From assembly GCA_011192015.1 (NCBI GenBank), contig DUET01000085.1, positions 20,648-84,647 on the forward strand: a stretch of 64,000 nt of DNA, written 5' to 3'. Source of the DNA: Anaerolineae bacterium. Lineage in GTDB: Bacteria; Chloroflexota; Anaerolineae; Anaerolineales; E44-bin32. The first letter of the stretch is position 1. Every line of letters starts with the position of its first letter. The translations under genes were made by a program, and so were the position numbers. This document shows, one piece after another, positions 1-9,756 of the stretch. The notes below the pieces were generated by a model. It searched no databases, was not told where the DNA came from, and saw only the letters and a list, made by a program, of their open reading frames with translations.

Positions 1-941
1 TTGGATGCAATCGTCTCGAGACCGATTCTTTCAACAACGTGATCCAACAGGGACGAGATGACCAGGTCATTGTGGAATTCGTATCCGACTTCTCGGTCGA
101 GTTCCCGCTTGAGATCGGGATTCAATTTGAGTTCGCGCGATGCTGCACGGAAACGATTGAAGCACATCGCACAGGGCAGCGTGACCTCGGAAACCCCTTC
201 CTGCTCATAGAGGATCAAGCTCTCCAGCGGCATTCTCACAGAGAGCTTGTGGTCCACACGATGAGCCGGCGAGGAACCACAGCAGATCCAACCCTTGGGC
301 TCGACCGGTTTCTCATCGAGGGCTTCCATCACGGCGATCGCCGATTGATTGAATTCCTTGGCCAGGGAATGCAATGAGCATCCAGGGTAGTAGCCGACCT
401 CATTTGCCGGGCGCGACGAGAGCGAGGATGGAGCTTTCCTGCGGCCGGTGCGGACGATCGAAGGCAGGAAGTTGATCTTGCCATGCCGGATCATGTCCAA
501 ACCGAGATCGACGTCCTTGAAGGGTTTCTTGGTCCGCAGATTCATCTCCAACATCAAACCCAATTCGTAGGATCGTCCCAGGAGATCTACATCGCGAAGA
601 AAGACCTTATTGAAGATCGCAACTTCAGGCACTTTGGGCTTGACGCCCTGGGCCATCATTTCCCCAACCAGGAAGTCCATGATGCGGGCGATATCGATCC
701 CTTGCGGGCAGCGTGTGGTGCATGTTTGGCAGGAGGCGCACAACCATGGTGTGAGACTGTTGAAGATCTCATCCTTCATACCAAGCTGTGCAGCGCGCAT
801 GACTTGATTGGGCGCCAGGTCAAAGTGCTCCGCCAAGGGGCACCCGGAGGTGCACTTCGTGCACTGATAGCAGAGAAAGACGTTCTCGTTGGTCTCCTCG
901 CGTATGTGATCTGCCAGTTCGGTTGTCAGTTCGGTTTTCAT
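1..941 (-). CDS. HdrC/HdrB-like fusion protein (2x[4Fe-4S] ferredoxin domain + CCG domain); 3' end runs off the window
   Basis: Own translation of the minus strand from ATG at 941: MKTELTTELADHIREETNENVFLCYQCTKCTSGCP...WLCASCQTCTTRCP (two CxxCxxCxxxCP motifs), then ...VGYYPGCSLH...GWICCGSS (CCG-type motif). Absent from the supplied ORF track because there is no stop inside the window. Lies 7 nt downstream of metF. Confidence 0.85.
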   Translation of the reverse strand, partial: MKTELTTELADHIREETNENVFLCYQCTKCTSGCPLAEHFDLAPNQVMRAAQLGMKDEIFNSLTPWLCASCQTCTTRCPQGIDIARIMDFLVGEMMAQGVKPKVPEVAIFNKVFLRDVDLLGRSYELGLMLEMNLRTKKPFKDVDLGLDMIRHGKINFLPSIVRTGRRKAPSSLSSRPANEVGYYPGCSLHSLAKEFNQSAIAVMEALDEKPVEPKGWICCGSSPAHRVDHKLSVRMPLESLILYEQEGVSEVTLPCAMCFNRFRAASRELKLNPDLKRELDREVGYEFHNDLVISSLLDHVVERIGLETIAS

Positions 942-948
942 ACCTGCC

Positions 949-1971
949 TCACGAAGCCTTCTTCTTTGGATCCGAAGGCGGTAACGGTGAAAGTTCAGGG
1001 CGAGGGAGAAGACCAGCACCATCGACGATCGGCTTCACCGCCTCCTCCCACTCGATGGCCATCACATGCACTCCCGCCACGCCTTCGACCTGACGCAGTT
1101 CTTTGATGAGATCGACAGCGATGGAGATGCCCTCCTGGCGCCAAGCATCTCGACGAGCCTTCTTGTCATCCTTGTCGATGCCCTTGGTCGCTTCCGTCAT
1201 GCGATCGACCCATTTGTTGGGGACATCCAGCCCCGGAACTTGATCCCGCATGTAGCGCGCCATGCCGGGCGACTTGAGGGGACCAATGCCTGCAAGGATG
1301 TATACCTGCTCATGCAGACCGAGCTCGCGAACCTTTTGCATGTATTCCGCGAAGCGTTCCGTGTTGTAGATGAGCTGGGTTTGGATGAAATCCGCACCGG
1401 CTTTCACCTTCTTCGCCAATCTGTAAGGACGCCATTCAAAGGGGTCGCCGAAGGGATTTGCGGCTGCGCCCACGAAGAATCTCGGCTCCACACCCTTCAT
1501 CTCGTCCCCACAATCGAAGCAGGCTTCGTCCCGCATCTTGACGACCATCTGGATCAGATGGACCGAGTCGAGATCGTGGACGTTCTTGGCGGTGGGGTGA
1601 TTGCCGAAGGATTGATGATCCCCGGTCAGGCAGAGCACGTTGCGAGTGCCGAGCGCATAGGCGCCCAAGATGTCGGATTGGATGGCCAGACGATTCCGGT
1701 CACGGCATGTCATCTGGATGATCGGTTCCAGACCTTCCTGCTGGACGATGGCGCCTGCGCCGATGCTCGACATACGCACGATGGCGGTCTGATTGTCAGT
1801 GATGTTGGCGGCGTCGCAATAGCCCTTCAGCAATTCCGCCTTCTCACGGATGACAGCGCCATCCGCGCTTTGTGGTGGACCCAGTTCACCGGTGACTGCG
1901 AAATGACCTTCGCGCAGGATGCGTTCGAGGTTGGAGCCGGATTTCAGGCCGTTGGTGTTTTTCTCTGTCAT
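949..1971 (-). CDS. metF: Methylenetetrahydrofolate reductase, acetogen-type MetF
   Basis: 340-aa ORF with MTHFR-like sequence (HFAVTGELGPPQ, NITDNQTA, LCLTGDHQ). Sits directly downstream of a MetV-type gene. Confidence 0.9.
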   Translation of the reverse strand: MTEKNTNGLKSGSNLERILREGHFAVTGELGPPQSADGAVIREKAELLKGYCDAANITDNQTAIVRMSSIGAGAIVQQEGLEPIIQMTCRDRNRLAIQSDILGAYALGTRNVLCLTGDHQSFGNHPTAKNVHDLDSVHLIQMVVKMRDEACFDCGDEMKGVEPRFFVGAAANPFGDPFEWRPYRLAKKVKAGADFIQTQLIYNTERFAEYMQKVRELGLHEQVYILAGIGPLKSPGMARYMRDQVPGLDVPNKWVDRMTEATKGIDKDDKKARRDAWRQEGISIAVDLIKELRQVEGVAGVHVMAIEWEEAVKPIVDGAGLLPRPELSPLPPSDPKKKAS

Positions 1972-1989
1972 GGATTTGCTCGTCTCCTG

Positions 1990-2676
1990 CTACTCGGTTT
2001 CTTCCGCGGCCAGGCGCAGGTCTTCGCGTGTGATCTTGCGCGGTCCCCCGTCTCGACTGTTTGACCAATCCTTGGATGGAAAAATCTCCATGATCAGCTC
2101 CAAGCGCCCTTGGGACTCAAGCTTGTCATAGATCAGCTGCCAGGCGCAAGGAGTGTCGGGATTGATTTCACACATACCGTTTTGCGAACCCCCACAGGGA
2201 CCGTTGAGCAGTTGTTTGGCGCAGCGGGCGATGGGGCAGATGCCTCCCGTCAAGCCGAGGATGCATTCGCCGCATGCCGCGCATCGCTCTTCCCAAATGC
2301 CCTGTTCGGTGGGAAGTCCCAGAAATGTGGTGTTCAGTCCTGGTACGACGATGGCATCCGGGAAACGCTCAACCAGCGCTTGGACACCGATGCCACAACC
2401 AATCGAAAGCACGATGTCCGCCTTATCCACCTGCTCCTTGATGGGATCGATGTACTCCCATTCGCACTGCCGTTGAACGACCAGATGATCCACCTGCTTG
2501 GTATTCCCGTCGAGCTTGGTGGCCATACGCAGACTGGAGGCAAGGATGCCGGCCTCCTTTTCACCCCCCGCAAAGCACACGGTCACGCATGTTCCACATC
2601 CAACGACGAGAACGTTCTGATAGTCTGCGATCAGTGATTTGATCTCCTCCAACGGTTTCTGCTCTGCAACAATCAT
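1990..2676 (-). CDS. metV: MetV, Cys-rich small subunit of acetogen-type methylene-THF reductase
   Basis: 228-aa Cys-rich ORF (VVGCGTCVTVC, CAACGECILGLTGGICPIARC, NGPCGGS) typical of MetV. Lies 18 nt upstream of metF. Confidence 0.85.
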   Translation of the reverse strand: MIVAEQKPLEEIKSLIADYQNVLVVGCGTCVTVCFAGGEKEAGILASSLRMATKLDGNTKQVDHLVVQRQCEWEYIDPIKEQVDKADIVLSIGCGIGVQALVERFPDAIVVPGLNTTFLGLPTEQGIWEERCAACGECILGLTGGICPIARCAKQLLNGPCGGSQNGMCEINPDTPCAWQLIYDKLESQGRLELIMEIFPSKDWSNSRDGGPRKITREDLRLAAEETE

Positions 2677-2757
2677 TCTTTCCTCTCCCGGAGTGCAGGG
2701 GCGTCGATGGATTTGGGATGCTAAACCCTGCTCTCCATAGATGTTTGCAACTTCCCG

Positions 2758-3225
2758 TTACGGGTTTGATTCAACCGCATCTTCGATGCGGACCATCGTG
2801 CGAAAGGGGCTGGGTCCCAGTTCGATAATTCTCTCGGTCATCTCCGTAGCCACTTCCGCAAAACGATTTCCCTGAGCGGAGGATAAGTTGTACATTTCGA
2901 TCCGCCCGGGATCCATGCCGATCTCGGACAATGTTTGTTTGAGCCGCTCGATACGACGTCGAGCGTTGATATTTCCGTCCTGAAAATGACAATCTCCCTC
3001 TAGGCATCCGGCGATCATGACACCATCTGCGCCATGTTCAAGGGTGAGAAGGATTTCGCGGGCATCGATGCGACCGGTGCAAGGGAGCTCCACGATCTTG
3101 ATCTCAGCTGGATACCTTAATCGTAACACACCAGCGAGATCTGCGGCAGCATATGCGCAGTAGTGGCAGCAGTAAGCTACGATGTGGAATGCATTCTCGC
3201 GATCGTTCATCATGGCTGTACTCAA
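2758..3225 (-). CDS. mvhD: MvhD/FlpD-family iron-sulfur protein (paralog 1, all-Cys form)
   Basis: 155 aa with YCCHYCAY, ELPCTGR and AGCLEGDCHF motifs of the MvhD family. ATGA overlap with the stop of the upstream giant hdrA. Confidence 0.9.
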   Translation of the reverse strand: MSTAMMNDRENAFHIVAYCCHYCAYAAADLAGVLRLRYPAEIKIVELPCTGRIDAREILLTLEHGADGVMIAGCLEGDCHFQDGNINARRRIERLKQTLSEIGMDPGRIEMYNLSSAQGNRFAEVATEMTERIIELGPSPFRTMVRIEDAVESNP

Positions 3226-6200
3226 CCCTCAATCGATGCTTGATTGAGAAGCGAACATACCGCACACTCGATCTGATCGTGGCGGTAATGCAGGAGTTCA
3301 ATGGCGTATGCCGGACACTCGCCCACACAGGTTCCACATCCCTGGCAAGCAGAAGGCTCGATGTAAGCAGCTCCAATCACACCCCCAACCCCGACTTCCT
3401 CGGGGATGATTTGCGGGACGCCGAAGGGGCAGATGCGCACACAGGTTAGACAGCCCACGCAGAGTTGAGGATCGATGTGCGCCACCGCACCACCGGCTGA
3501 AAGTGTCTCGCGTGAGAGGACCGTGGCAGCGCGTGAGGCCGCCGCCTGGGCCTGCACGATGGTTTCATCCAGCAGCTTCGGATAATGAGCCGCTCCTGCC
3601 AGAAATACGCCGCTGCTGGCAAATTCGACCGGCCGCAGTTTGACATGCGCCTCCAGGAACCAGCCGTCCATGTCGACCGGAACCTTCAAAATCGTCCCCA
3701 GCTGGCGATTCCCATCCGCCGGGATGACCGGAGTGGAGAGGATCAGCAAATCCGATGGAAACACGAAATCCTCACCCAAGGCGTTTTCCCAGGATTGGAT
3801 CTCGATGGGACCGCTCGAGGCATCCATGCTTACCTGGGGAGGTTGCGATGGGTCGTAGCGCCAGAAGATGATGCCGGCTTCGAGCGCTTGGTGGTAAAGC
3901 CTCTCCTTGAAGCCGTAGGCACGCAGATCTCGATGGAAGATGACCACCTGCGACTCGGGTTTCATGCGCTTGAATTGGAGCGCGTTCTTCAGCGCCGTCG
4001 TGCAGCAGATCCTGGCACAGTAGTTCTCGGCCGGACCGATGCATTGGATCATGGCAATGCGCTGAACGTGGGAGAGATCGATGGATTTCTCAGGCTTCTC
4101 GTCCGTCAGTCCGGCCTCGCAAGCCAGGATGGCTTCGAAATCCTGCTGGGTGAGGACGCGCGGATCCGTGCCGTAATCGTATTCCTTTCCCCGGTATTCC
4201 TGCCCGCCGGTAGCAACAATGGTCGCGCCATGCGAAAGTTCCAGGATTTCTCCGTCCGGTGTGCGAAGCCTGGAGGTGAAATTCCCCACGAATCCCGAAG
4301 TGGCGATGATTTCAGTGGAGAGATGTGTGGTGATGCGGGGATGCGCGTCGACCAGGGAGACCAGTTCGCGCAGATAATCTTGAGGTGCGAGCTGATCCGC
4401 TCCTTCGGATTCGAAGGCATTGAAATATAGATTGCGCAGATTGCCGCCCAGCACGTTTTCGCGCTCCACGATATCCACAGGGAAATCCTGCTCCGCAAGC
4501 GTGAGAGCCGCCGTCATCCCTGCCAGCCCTCCGCCGATCACCAGGGCGCTTTGTTGAACCGGGACCGGCGATCGATGCAATGCTTCGAGATGAAGCACTC
4601 TCGCTACAGCCATGCGGGTCAGATCCTTGGCCTTTTCGGTGGCAATTGCCGGCGTGTCGGAATGGACCCAGGAGCACTGATTGCGGATGTTCGCCATGGC
4701 GAAGAGATGTTCGTTCAAGCCGGTCTGGCGCATGCTTTCCTGGAAGAGCGCTTCATGTGTCACGGGTGTGCAGGAAGCAACCACGATGCGATTGAGATTG
4801 TGCTCCTGGATGCGCTCCTTGATGAGCACGCTGCTGTCCTGAGAACAGGCGTAGAGCAGGTGATCGGCGTGAACGACGCCAGGCAAGGTGGATGCGTATT
4901 GGGTCACGGTTTCCACATCGACGTAGCCGGCGATGTTGGAGCCGCAGTGGCAAACGAAGACTCCCACGCGCGGCTCCTCACCGGAAATATCGCGTTCCGG
5001 GGGGAAGCTGGCATGACGCGCCAGGGTTCCCCGGCTGGGCGCAAGCAACGCGGCCGCACGTCCGGCTGCGCCGCTGGCATCGATGACCGACTCGGGAATG
5101 TCCTTGGGTTCCCGGAAGGGACCCGCGGCGTAGATGCCGGGTCGGGAGGTCTCCACGGGACTGAAGAAGGCTGTGTGGCAGAATCCATAATCGTCCAGCT
5201 CGACTCCTAAATCACGCCCAAGCTGCTGCACGGATTCGGAGATCTCCATACCCACCGAGAGGACGACAAGATCGTAGGTTTCCTCCTGGATGGAGCGGGA
5301 ACCAGCCTGGCGATTCCGGCCTTGTTCCTGGACGTAGCGCACGACAAGGTTGTTTCCGGGTTGTTCCTTGACCTCCGACACGCGGCAGCGCGTGTAGCGG
5401 ATGCCGTATTCATCCTGCGCACGTTGATAATAGGCCTCGTAGCCCTTGCTGAAGGCGCGGATGTCCATCATCAGGACATGCACATCGGCCTCGGGATCAT
5501 GCTCCTTGATAAACAGGGCCTCCTTGGTGGCGTACATGCAGCACACGGAAGAGCAGTAGTCATGGGATGTATCACGTGAACCCACACATTGCAGGAAGGC
5601 AACCCGCCGGGCAGGTTGTCCGTCCGATGGACGTTTCACGTGCCCTTCTGTGGGTCCGGATGCGGAGAGCATGCGTTCGAGCTGGAGGGACGTGACCACG
5701 TTGGGGTAGCGTCCGAAGCCGTATTCCTGAGAGAGTTCGGCCTGGTAGGCTTGATAACCCGGCGCAAGGATGACTGCACCGACCTGAATCTGCTCCGTCT
5801 CCTCGATCATGTTGTGGTCGATGGCATCCACGCCACAGGCATACACGCAGGCAAGGCATTCACTGCAAATGCCACATTGCAGGCAGCGCTCGGCCTCCTC
5901 CCGGGCTTGCTGCTCGGTGAGGCTGAGCACGACCTCCCGGAAGCTGGATAGACGTTCTTCCATGGGGAGCAGCGAAGGTTCGACGCGCGATTTCAACTCG
6001 ATTTCCCCCAATGCAACGCGCTGGTTGATCTCCTCACGCGTGATCTTGATCGCGGGGGGGCGTTGCGGGTCGGGTTGATCCAGTTCTTCGCCTTGAAGGT
6101 AGTGGTGGATCGAATTCGCCACGCGATGGCCCAACCCGATGGCGTCCACGATGTAGCTGGCGCCCGTCTTTCGCCCGCCGACGACGAAGATCCCCGGAAT

Positions 6201-7760
6201 TTCGCTGGCAAGTGTGTTGCGATCGGCGGTGAGTTCGTCGTAGCGAGGGTCGAGGAAGGCCAGATCGGATTGTTGTCCGACCGTGCCGATCACGGTATCC
6301 ACCTCGACGGTGAACTCGCTGCCGGGCTCGAGTTTGGGCCGACGACGGCCGTGTTCATCGACCGTTGTGCCACGCACGGTCTTGGCCAATTCGACGCCCA
6401 CGACCTTGCCATCTTGGGCAAGAATGCGCGTCATGGCTACATGTTCATACAGGTTGATGCCCTCGGCCTCCACAGCCGCCATCTCCCAGTGGTAGGCGGG
6501 GAGTTCGCCGCGCGGACGATCGAGAGCCAGGATGACTTCATCCGCACCCAGACGGCGGGCGACGGCTGCGGTGTCGAGGGCCGTGATGCCTCCCCCAACG
6601 ACGGCCACGCGCTTGCCGATGCTGATGGGTTCTCCCAGATTGATCTTGCGCAGGAAGGTTGCGGCGGAGAGAACGCCCTCCGCATCTTCTCCCTCGACGC
6701 CAAGCGAGTGATCACGCGAGGAGATGCCGGTGGCCAGGCAAACGGCGTTGTAGCCATCTTTCAAGAGCGCCGCCGGGTCCTGGATGGGGGAATTGGTCTT
6801 CAACACGATGCCGAGGGCGAGGATGTCGTCGATGTCCTGCTGAAGGACGCCCTTGGGCAGGCGGTGAGCCGGGATGCCGGCGCGCATCATGCCGCCGGCA
6901 ACCGGCAGGGCTTCATACACGGTAACGCCATAGCCCAGCTTGGCTAAATCGTGGGCGGCCGTCATGCCGGCAGGTCCGGCGCCGACAACGGCGACCCACT
7001 CTGGGCGCGTGCGAGGCGCCGGCTCGACCCTTTCGCGGCCATAGGCCAGCGCATAATCCATCACGAAGCGCTTGAGGGCCATGATGTTCACGGGGGCATC
7101 GGCGTAGCCGCGTGCGCAGTGGCTTTCGCAGGGATGGTGGCATGTGCGTCCACAGACACTTGGGAAGGGATTATCTTCCTTGATGACGCGGTAAGCTTCG
7201 CGATAGCGCCCCTCTGCGATCAGGGCGATGTAACCTTGCGCGCGTTGATCGGCGGGGCAGGCGCTGCGGCAGGGAGCTGTACCCAGTTTTTCGATCTTAT
7301 AGGCGTTAGGCACGGCCTGTGGATATCGTTTGAAGATGGCGCGATGTTCCGACAGCCCCTCGTTGTAGGGATCCAGAAGCGCGACTGGGCATACATCCAC
7401 GCATTCGCCGCAACCGACACACTTGTCGATGTCCACGTAGCGAGGCTTGCGGCGAAGGGTGACGATGAAATCTCCGGGATCGCCCTGCACCTCAACCAGC
7501 TCAGTGTCGACCATGAGTTCGATGTTGAGATGGCGATCCGTTTCGATCAGCTTGGGGCTGATGATGCACATAGCGCAATCGTTGGTTGGGAAGGTCTTGT
7601 CCAGTTGAGCCATGTGGCCGCCGATGGCGGATTTCGACTCGACCAAATAGACACGGAAACCCTGCTCCGCCAGGTCGATGCTGGCCTGCATGCCGGCGAT
7701 ACCACCTCCAACGACGAGGACGGCTCCGGTGACATGCTCAGAGGAGCGGGTCAGACGCAT
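3222..7760 (-). CDS. hdrA: Giant HdrA-type flavoprotein with inserted GltD/NfnB-like NAD(P)H module and a second complete HdrA unit (HdrL-type), paralog 1
   Basis: - ORF track gives 3222..7775 with a TTG start. ATG at 7760 preceded by GGGAGG is the more likely start.
- HdrA marks: VVGGGIAGMQASIDLAEQG, FPTNDCAMC, CVGCGECVDVCP, FLQCVGSRD..YCSSVCCMYA.
- GltD marks: NPFPSVCGRTCHHPCESHC, then VAVVGAGPAGMTAAHDLA.
- Second unit: VFVCHCGSNIAGY, VIGGGLAGMTAA, MIQCIGPAENYCARICC, and a C-terminal 2x CxxCxxCxxxCP. Confidence 0.9.
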   Translation of the reverse strand: MRLTRSSEHVTGAVLVVGGGIAGMQASIDLAEQGFRVYLVESKSAIGGHMAQLDKTFPTNDCAMCIISPKLIETDRHLNIELMVDTELVEVQGDPGDFIVTLRRKPRYVDIDKCVGCGECVDVCPVALLDPYNEGLSEHRAIFKRYPQAVPNAYKIEKLGTAPCRSACPADQRAQGYIALIAEGRYREAYRVIKEDNPFPSVCGRTCHHPCESHCARGYADAPVNIMALKRFVMDYALAYGRERVEPAPRTRPEWVAVVGAGPAGMTAAHDLAKLGYGVTVYEALPVAGGMMRAGIPAHRLPKGVLQQDIDDILALGIVLKTNSPIQDPAALLKDGYNAVCLATGISSRDHSLGVEGEDAEGVLSAATFLRKINLGEPISIGKRVAVVGGGITALDTAAVARRLGADEVILALDRPRGELPAYHWEMAAVEAEGINLYEHVAMTRILAQDGKVVGVELAKTVRGTTVDEHGRRRPKLEPGSEFTVEVDTVIGTVGQQSDLAFLDPRYDELTADRNTLASEIPGIFVVGGRKTGASYIVDAIGLGHRVANSIHHYLQGEELDQPDPQRPPAIKITREEINQRVALGEIELKSRVEPSLLPMEERLSSFREVVLSLTEQQAREEAERCLQCGICSECLACVYACGVDAIDHNMIEETEQIQVGAVILAPGYQAYQAELSQEYGFGRYPNVVTSLQLERMLSASGPTEGHVKRPSDGQPARRVAFLQCVGSRDTSHDYCSSVCCMYATKEALFIKEHDPEADVHVLMMDIRAFSKGYEAYYQRAQDEYGIRYTRCRVSEVKEQPGNNLVVRYVQEQGRNRQAGSRSIQEETYDLVVLSVGMEISESVQQLGRDLGVELDDYGFCHTAFFSPVETSRPGIYAAGPFREPKDIPESVIDASGAAGRAAALLAPSRGTLARHASFPPERDISGEEPRVGVFVCHCGSNIAGYVDVETVTQYASTLPGVVHADHLLYACSQDSSVLIKERIQEHNLNRIVVASCTPVTHEALFQESMRQTGLNEHLFAMANIRNQCSWVHSDTPAIATEKAKDLTRMAVARVLHLEALHRSPVPVQQSALVIGGGLAGMTAALTLAEQDFPVDIVERENVLGGNLRNLYFNAFESEGADQLAPQDYLRELVSLVDAHPRITTHLSTEIIATSGFVGNFTSRLRTPDGEILELSHGATIVATGGQEYRGKEYDYGTDPRVLTQQDFEAILACEAGLTDEKPEKSIDLSHVQRIAMIQCIGPAENYCARICCTTALKNALQFKRMKPESQVVIFHRDLRAYGFKERLYHQALEAGIIFWRYDPSQPPQVSMDASSGPIEIQSWENALGEDFVFPSDLLILSTPVIPADGNRQLGTILKVPVDMDGWFLEAHVKLRPVEFASSGVFLAGAAHYPKLLDETIVQAQAAASRAATVLSRETLSAGGAVAHIDPQLCVGCLTCVRICPFGVPQIIPEEVGVGGVIGAAYIEPSACQGCGTCVGECPAYAIELLHYRHDQIECAVCSLLNQASIEG

Positions 7761-7764
7761 ATCC

Positions 7765-8529
7765 TTACCTCCCAAGCTCAGCCTTCACACTCTTCAGCAG
7801 AGCCTCGGGAGAGGCCGGTTTCTGCATGTAGGTGTGAATGCCCATTTCCTGACCGGTTTCAAGCTCGTAACGCCTGCGGCTGGCATCTTCGACAACCGTG
7901 GTCAGGATCATGATGGGCATGTCGGCGTAGCGCGGTTCGCTTCGCAATTCACGGATCACTGCAAAGCCGTCCACCTTCGGCATCAGAAGGTCCAGAATCA
8001 ACAGATCGGGTTTGCGTTTTCGGACCAGGGAAAGGCATTGCTCTCCGTCTTGTGCGGTGGCAACTTTGTAGGGTTGGCTTTCCAGAATGGTGGAAATCGC
8101 CTCCCGGATGTCTGGATCATCATCGGCAACGATGATGTAGGGCTGCTCGATGATGGCGCTCACATGGCGCAGCAGTACGTCCGGTTTGGCTGGCTTCTCG
8201 ATGTACGCCTGCACATCCATGGCGAGGCCGGTTTCCAATTCATAGCGACGGTAGGCCGCGTCCTCGATCACGGTGGTGAGGATGATGATGGGAAGGCCGG
8301 CATACTTGGGATCCGCCCGCAGCTCGCGAATGACCGCGAAACCATCCATGCGGGGCATCATCATGTCGAGAATCAGAAGATCGGGCCTTTTCTTACGTAT
8401 CTGCTTCAAACACTGGATGCCATCCTGCGCTGTGGCGAGCTGGTAGGGGCGCGTTTCCAATACGGCGGAAATGCCTTCCAGGATGTCTGGATCATCATCC
8501 ACGATCAGAACGAACGGCTTCTCTTCCAT
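7765..8529 (-). CDS. Response regulator made of two tandem receiver (REC) domains, no output domain
   Basis: 254 aa. Two similar halves (VLIVDDDPDILEG...DLLILDMMMPRMDG...KP and IIVADDDPDIREA...DLLILDLLMPKVDG...KP). The stop lies 4 nt before the hdrA ATG at 7760. Confidence 0.9.
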   Translation of the reverse strand: MEEKPFVLIVDDDPDILEGISAVLETRPYQLATAQDGIQCLKQIRKKRPDLLILDMMMPRMDGFAVIRELRADPKYAGLPIIILTTVIEDAAYRRYELETGLAMDVQAYIEKPAKPDVLLRHVSAIIEQPYIIVADDDPDIREAISTILESQPYKVATAQDGEQCLSLVRKRKPDLLILDLLMPKVDGFAVIRELRSEPRYADMPIMILTTVVEDASRRRYELETGQEMGIHTYMQKPASPEALLKSVKAELGR

Positions 8530-8598
8530 CCCGCAATCCTTTCCGAGATCAAGGAGTCGGTGTCCTCACAACAGCATTCTACTTCGAAACCTCGAACA

Positions 8599-9756
8599 TC
8601 ACTTCGAATTGCGATTCACAGGAATGGTGAGTGTTCGAGGAATCACGACGGTGAATTTCGTGCCCGAATTGTTGGGCGCGTACGGACTCTCGACGGTGAT
8701 GGTCCCTTCATGCGCTTCGACGATCTTCTTGGCGATGGAAAGCCCCAATCCAGCCCCGCCGTACTCGGCAGCATTGCTGGCGCGGAAGAAATCATCGAAG
8801 ATGTTTTCCTGATCCTCAGGAGGGATGCCGATGCCCTCATCCAGGATGTGAACGATCAGACTGTCTTTCTCGTCGGATGCAGCCAGCGTGACCGTGCTGC
8901 CCTCCGGTGAAAACTTGATGGCGTTGGCCAGGAGATTGGATATCACCTGACGCAGGCGACGGCGGGCAGCCACAATGGGCTGATATTCCGAGGGTCCTGT
9001 GGCCTTCAAATGGATGCCCTTTTGAGAGGCGGCCATGCGCACTTCTTCAAACGCTTCCGTACCGATCTCCAGAGGATCTACCCATTCGAAATCGGAGCGA
9101 ATCTGCTCCGGTTGGATGCGGGCAAAATCAAGAATGTCGCTGATGAGTGTGCGCAGGTCGATCAGGCGCAGTGTACATCGTTCCAGGAGTCTGTTCTGCT
9201 TCTCGCTGATCTCACCGGCATATCCACCGAGCAGGATCTGCAGGTAGTTCTCCACAGCCGCGAGTGGACGCTTGAGTTCGTGGGAGACGATGGAGAGGAA
9301 GTAGGTGAGTGTCGCTGTGGCGTTGGTCATCCTGCCGCGTATGATCGAGGATACCTTGCTGAGAATGGCGTAACCGATGTCTGGTCGATCCGACATCAAC
9401 TTGCGTAGTTCTTCGCCAGAGATTACGAGGCAAACGGTCTTCTCAAGACAGACACCGGAGGAAGTGTACTCATAGGGAAGAACCAGGCTGGACCATCCAA
9501 CGGATTGGCCAGGACCGATGATGTTGGTGGTGGCGCGCCGGGGTGTTCCGGTACGGCCAAGTTGTACCAACTTCTCGAGGGATACCTTACCGCTAAGGAT
9601 AAGATAGAAGTTGTCGGCAACAGAGCCCTCCGAGAAGAGCAGCGATTCTTTCGCAAATTCCTTTCGGCTGGCTAATTGCGCGATCTGCTCGACCGCTTCT
9701 TCAGGAAGCCCGTAGAAGGCGTCAAATTGGCTTAGGGTCTCACTCGACGGTGACAT
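8599..9756 (-). CDS. Soluble sensor histidine kinase with N-terminal cyclic-nucleotide-binding-like (CAP effector) domain
   Basis: ORF track gives 8599..9819; the internal ATG at 9756 (MSPSSETLSQFD) is the likely start. Contains LLFSEGSVADNFYLILSGKV (cNMP-binding-like), SHELKRPL (HisKA H-box), and GIGIPPEDQENIFDDFFR..GGAGLGLSIAKKIVEAHEG (HATPase). No obvious TM segment. Confidence 0.85.
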   Translation of the reverse strand: MSPSSETLSQFDAFYGLPEEAVEQIAQLASRKEFAKESLLFSEGSVADNFYLILSGKVSLEKLVQLGRTGTPRRATTNIIGPGQSVGWSSLVLPYEYTSSGVCLEKTVCLVISGEELRKLMSDRPDIGYAILSKVSSIIRGRMTNATATLTYFLSIVSHELKRPLAAVENYLQILLGGYAGEISEKQNRLLERCTLRLIDLRTLISDILDFARIQPEQIRSDFEWVDPLEIGTEAFEEVRMAASQKGIHLKATGPSEYQPIVAARRRLRQVISNLLANAIKFSPEGSTVTLAASDEKDSLIVHILDEGIGIPPEDQENIFDDFFRASNAAEYGGAGLGLSIAKKIVEAHEGTITVESPYAPNNSGTKFTVVIPRTLTIPVNRNSK

